Positions 28,718-32,374 of a stretch of 32,374 nt of DNA are shown here, in pieces. The position numbers and the translations under genes were made by a program. The DNA is from Pseudomonadota bacterium. Its GTDB lineage: Bacteria > Pseudomonadota > Gammaproteobacteria > Pseudomonadales > JAXHSS01. Below the pieces are notes generated by a model. It made no database searches. It saw only the letters and a list, made by a program, of their open reading frames with translations, and was not told the origin of the DNA. Each line of letters starts with the position of its first letter. The stretch's first letter is position 1. The stretch spans positions 2,344 through 34,717 of the forward strand of contig JAXHSS010000001.1 of the NCBI GenBank assembly GCA_034190675.1, in the 5' to 3' direction.

Positions 28718-29350
28718 GTGGCTGAACCGTATACCCCTGCTCCAGACCTAGAGACGGCTTGTCTTTACTGCGACGCAACCTACCCGATTGACCCTTTGGC
28801 AGCCAACCAAGTGGCCAAGTGTCGCTGTTGCGGCGCAACGCTTTATCATGACAAGACCGATATGTCTGAAGCACTCATTTATGCTGTGGTTGGGCTGATC
28901 TGCTTTATCTGCGCTAACGGCTTCCCCTTTTTATCGATCACGATTGCCGGCGAGCCAGCAACAGCCTCAATTGTTTCATCCGTTGGTACGCTGGCCACTC
29001 ATAGCATGTACTTATTAGCGATATTCGTGTTTTTTTTGATCATCCTATTCCCTGCTCTGTATTTAGGGTGCATAATTTGGGTTATTCAACGTGCTCGTCA
29101 AGGCGTGATCACCAGGCTCAGTCGTTTTGTTGGCTTTTTAAGCCCATGGAATATGATAGAGGTCTACATGCTTGGCGTCATCGTTTCTTTAGTGAAGCTC
29201 TATGATATTGGCAGTGTGACCATTCAACCGGGTTTTTGGTTTTTTTGCGTGTTGATTTTTTGCTCTATTGCCTCATCGGTTCGCTTTGACCTTCAGGCCA
29301 TCACCCAACAACTGTATACCAATAAGGCTGCTGATGAGCCGAGCCGTTGA
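28718..29350 (+). CDS. pqiA: Paraquat-inducible protein A family, N-terminal half-type
   Basis: CLYCD...CRCCG zinc-ribbon, ANGFPFL, PWNMIEVYMLGVIVSLVKL, several TM helices. Confidence 0.85.
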   Translation: MAEPYTPAPDLETACLYCDATYPIDPLAANQVAKCRCCGATLYHDKTDMSEALIYAVVGLICFICANGFPFLSITIAGEPATASIVSSVGTLATHSMYLLAIFVFFLIILFPALYLGCIIWVIQRARQGVITRLSRFVGFLSPWNMIEVYMLGVIVSLVKLYDIGSVTIQPGFWFFCVLIFCSIASSVRFDLQAITQQLYTNKAADEPSR

Positions 29351-29963
29351 CCATAATCTCGCATGCTGTCATGTATGCCGAAAACTGAATCCCGTTGATA
29401 ATAGTCACTGTGATTTTTGTTTTTCGAGGCTTCACCAGCGCAAAGTCGAAAGCCGCAGTCGCAGCTGGATTTATTTAATCACGGCAATAATTTTGTTTTT
29501 TCCTGCAAACTTGTTGCCCATGATGTACACCAGCAAATTAGCCAACACCCGCAGCGATACCATTTTTAGTGGTATCGTGGAACTCTGGACTGAAGGCATG
29601 CAACCCATTGCCACCATTGTCTTTATTGCCAGTATTGTCACGCCATTGATCAAAATCGTGATTCAGCTCTACCTATTGAGCTACCGACCCAATCACAAGC
29701 CTCCGGTGATACAAACCGTGCTCTATCGCTTTATCCATTTTATTGGCAAATGGTCAATGGTCGATGTGTTTGTCGTTGCACTTTTAGGCTCCTTGATCCA
29801 AGGAAATTTATCCTCCGTGGCACCTGGCATTGGTGTCATTGCCTTTGCGGGAGTGGTACTATTCACCATGATGGCTACTGAGTCATTTGACCCTCGCTTA
29901 TTATGGGACAGGCACGCTACCATCGTAAAACAACAGAGCACGCATGAACGAACCGATCATTAA
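29334..29963 (+). CDS. pqiA: Paraquat-inducible protein A family, C-terminal half-type
   Basis: CHVC...CDFC, PANLLPMM, DTIFSGIVEL, IVFIASIVTP, IGKWSMVDVFVVALL, FDPRLLWD; ATG 29334 overlaps the upstream gene. Confidence 0.88.
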   Translation: MSRAVDHNLACCHVCRKLNPVDNSHCDFCFSRLHQRKVESRSRSWIYLITAIILFFPANLLPMMYTSKLANTRSDTIFSGIVELWTEGMQPIATIVFIASIVTPLIKIVIQLYLLSYRPNHKPPVIQTVLYRFIHFIGKWSMVDVFVVALLGSLIQGNLSSVAPGIGVIAFAGVVLFTMMATESFDPRLLWDRHATIVKQQSTHERTDH

Positions 29964-31584
29964 ACACCAACGCTTTTCCGCTTTATGGATTTTTCCTGTT
30001 ATTGCTTTACTCGCTGGTCTTTGGCTAGCCTTTCAGCATATTGCCAGCCAAGGTCCTGAAATTCAGATTCGCTTTAATAGCGCTCAAGGTATAGAAGAAG
30101 GCAAAACCAAGCTACGTTATAAGTCTCTTGATATTGGTGTTGTCAAAAGCATCGAATTAGCTGAAGACTTAAGCCATGTTGTTCTTCATGTACAAACAAC
30201 ACGCAACGCCAAGCCATTAATCAGCGAAGATGCCTCTTTTTGGGTGGTTAGGCCTCAAATAAGCGCCAGCGGCATTCGCGGCCTGAACACGTTGATCACG
30301 GGTAGCTATATTGCCGTTAACCCGGGTGATGGCAACAACGAGGCGACGCAATTCACTGGCTTAGAAGAAACGCCAGTAATCGAACCATCTGTTGCTGGTA
30401 CTCGTATTAAATTAGCGGCGCAAACAGCCAAAGGAATCAACGTCGGCACACCGTTTGTCTATCGCGGCATCGACGTGGGCCAAATTGAAAACATCGAATT
30501 CAAAGAGCCCTTTCGCAACGTTAATCTTTCTGCGTTCATTCGCTCCCCCTATGATGCGCTGATCAACAACAATACTAAGTTCTGGAACATCGGTGGCGTT
30601 GAGGTTGAAATGGGCGCAACTGGCTTTTCTTTTGAGATGAACTCCCTAGAAACCCTGATTATTGGTGGCATCACCTTTGAGACTCCACAGAGTTTCTTAG
30701 ATGAAAGCGCCGAAATTTCTGCAAACAAAGTTTTCCGTTTATACGACTCTCGAAAAGATATTAACCGCACCAATTATCAACAAAAAGAATACTACGTGCT
30801 GTATTTTGACCAAAGCGTCAGCGGCTTAGGTTCAGGCTCACCAGTGCAGTATAACGGCATTCAGTTAGGTAGCGTCCTTGAGGTTCGCTTGGTGTACGAC
30901 AAAACCAAACAGCAGGCGCTCATTCCGATTTTGATTGAAATTGAGCCCGAACGTGTCACTTATATTAATAGCGACCAAGATAACGAGTTTAATATCATCG
31001 AGCAGCTGGTTAGCCAGGGTCTTGTCGCCAAAATTGAAACGGGCAATTTCCTCACGGGCAGTAAATTCATCTCCCTTGGCATGGGTAAAAAACCAACAGC
31101 TGGGCTTACAGAAGATCAATACAGCCGCCATCTTGTAATGCCAACGCAATCAGGTAGCCTGAATGAGCTGACAGCTAATATCAACGGCCTGCTTGAAAAG
31201 GTCAACCAATTACCGCTTGAGCGCTTTATGGAGCTGACCAATGATACCGTGGAGAATCTACGCGGTATTACGGGCACAGAAGGTATGCAGGAGATCGGCA
31301 ATAGCCTGAATGCTAGCCTACAGGAGCTAAAAGACACCTTGGCGACCATTACTTCAGTTGGCCAAAAAGCCGATACCGTTTTAGGTGAGCTCGCCGATAA
31401 TATGGAAGGCGCCACCAAAGACCTGAACACGGTTATCAAAGGCATGGGCCCAGATTCACCGATGTACTATCAAATGACCGAAATGCTGGAGCAATTAAAA
31501 GAAAGCGGCAAGGCGATTGAGAAACTCACCGATCACCTTCGCGAACAACCTGACTCACTGATTTTTGGTAATGACTATGACTAA
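29944..31584 (+). CDS. pqiB: Intermembrane transport protein PqiB (three MCE domains)
   Basis: N-terminal TM (WIFPVIALLAGLWL), GKTKLRYKSLDIGVV, FWVVRP, TLITGSYI, YRGIDVG, SVSGLGSGSPVQYNGIQLG, C-terminal helical needle ending PDSLIFG. Confidence 0.92.
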   Translation: MNEPIIKHQRFSALWIFPVIALLAGLWLAFQHIASQGPEIQIRFNSAQGIEEGKTKLRYKSLDIGVVKSIELAEDLSHVVLHVQTTRNAKPLISEDASFWVVRPQISASGIRGLNTLITGSYIAVNPGDGNNEATQFTGLEETPVIEPSVAGTRIKLAAQTAKGINVGTPFVYRGIDVGQIENIEFKEPFRNVNLSAFIRSPYDALINNNTKFWNIGGVEVEMGATGFSFEMNSLETLIIGGITFETPQSFLDESAEISANKVFRLYDSRKDINRTNYQQKEYYVLYFDQSVSGLGSGSPVQYNGIQLGSVLEVRLVYDKTKQQALIPILIEIEPERVTYINSDQDNEFNIIEQLVSQGLVAKIETGNFLTGSKFISLGMGKKPTAGLTEDQYSRHLVMPTQSGSLNELTANINGLLEKVNQLPLERFMELTNDTVENLRGITGTEGMQEIGNSLNASLQELKDTLATITSVGQKADTVLGELADNMEGATKDLNTVIKGMGPDSPMYYQMTEMLEQLKESGKAIEKLTDHLREQPDSLIFGNDYD

Positions 31585-32152
31585 GTACACGTTTATCGCA
31601 CTGATGATGCTCGGGCTTTGGGGCTGCTCCCTTCACGACAGCCAACACTTATTAGTGCCTTCTTTTGAACCATCGCAACAAGGCGAAGCCTTTTACCAGT
31701 CCAGCTCATCGGCTGAGCAAATCACTTTGCGTCGAGTGGCGATCCCACCCTATTTGGATCGTCAGTTCTTGATTGCATTGGATAGCGAACAGCAGATCGA
31801 GATTCTGCACTCGCATCAATGGATTGAGCCTCTGGAAAAGAATTTACGTCGCATCCTAGCGCAAGATTTAAATCACCAGTTTCAACAGCCCCGAGTGGTT
31901 TCAACCCCCAATAGCGACACCATTGGCGGGGTGATTATTGATCTAGAAATTCAAGAATGGATTGTTAAAGAATCCAGCGCCCAGCTGGTCATGACCGCCG
32001 TATGGCGAGTGCAAGGTCTGGCTGAGCAAACCCAGCGCCATGAGCTTAAGCGCCTATTCCCTGTGCAATACGATGCGCCTGAAACCTGGCCAGCTGCTTA
32101 TCAAAAAGCGAGCCACGAGCTCAGCAAAGCCATATTTAGCTCTATTCAGTGA
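31577..32152 (+). CDS. pqiC: PqiC-family lipoprotein
   Basis: Lipobox LWGC after a hydrophobic signal; VAIPPYLDR and HQWIEPLEKNLRRILAQDL; follows pqiB. Start 31571 or 31577. Confidence 0.8.
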   Translation: MTKYTFIALMMLGLWGCSLHDSQHLLVPSFEPSQQGEAFYQSSSSAEQITLRRVAIPPYLDRQFLIALDSEQQIEILHSHQWIEPLEKNLRRILAQDLNHQFQQPRVVSTPNSDTIGGVIIDLEIQEWIVKESSAQLVMTAVWRVQGLAEQTQRHELKRLFPVQYDAPETWPAAYQKASHELSKAIFSSIQ

Positions 32153-32237
32153 TCGCATAAAAAGCCAATCACAAACGATTAAAAGCGGCTTCTCAAATGC
32201 TCTTTGAGCGCCGCTAATTGAATACTGCGCGGGTTTT

Positions 32238-32333
32238 CCACCTGTGAAATTCACCACCTGTGAAATTCACCACCTGTGAAATTCACCACCTGTGAGATTC
32301 ACCGCTGGTGCAATTAGCCACTTGTGAAATGAG
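32238..32333. repeat. 16-bp tandem repeat (VNTR-like), about 6 units
   Basis: CCACCTGTGAAATTCA x3 exact (32238, 32254, 32270), CCACCTGTGAGATTCA (32286), degenerate CCGCTGGTGCAATTAG (32302) and CCACTTGTGAAATGAG (32318). Confidence 0.9.
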
Positions 32334-32374
32334 TAGCCATTTACTTGCGCTGCTGTGCTCTTTTGGCGCGCTGA

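Noticed and set aside
32238-32333. Tandem repeats as a CRISPR array
   Set aside because: Units are contiguous 16-mers with no unique spacers.

Overview
A gammaproteobacterial chromosomal window, mostly housekeeping genes. In order: a partial DUF2254-like membrane protein, tRNA-Leu(CAA), the AcnD-type 2-methylcitrate operon (prpB-prpC-acnD-prpF), dbpA, dps, a decayed secreted-protein pseudogene, queA-tgt-yajC-secD-secF, phoU divergent from a Pho-box-preceded PiT-like permease, hemB-ppk1 converging on ppx, trxA-rho, and a split pqiA/pqiA-pqiB-pqiC operon. Between prpF and dbpA sits an AT-rich, tightly coupled four-gene minus-strand cassette (7592-10684). It looks like a Lamassu/ABC-three-component (SMC-like ATPase) defence system whose LmuA-like subunit has no enzymatic effector domain. 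Instead, the N-terminus of that subunit carries the 10-aa motif AGGDVVGRDK. The same motif is at the C-terminus of a 53-aa single-TM protein encoded immediately upstream, with 5 of 10 codons differing synonymously. This arrangement mirrors amyloid-signalling receptor/effector pairs and suggests an SMC-sensor defence system that activates a membrane-damaging microprotein in trans. Family assignments come from motif recognition only; no searches were run.
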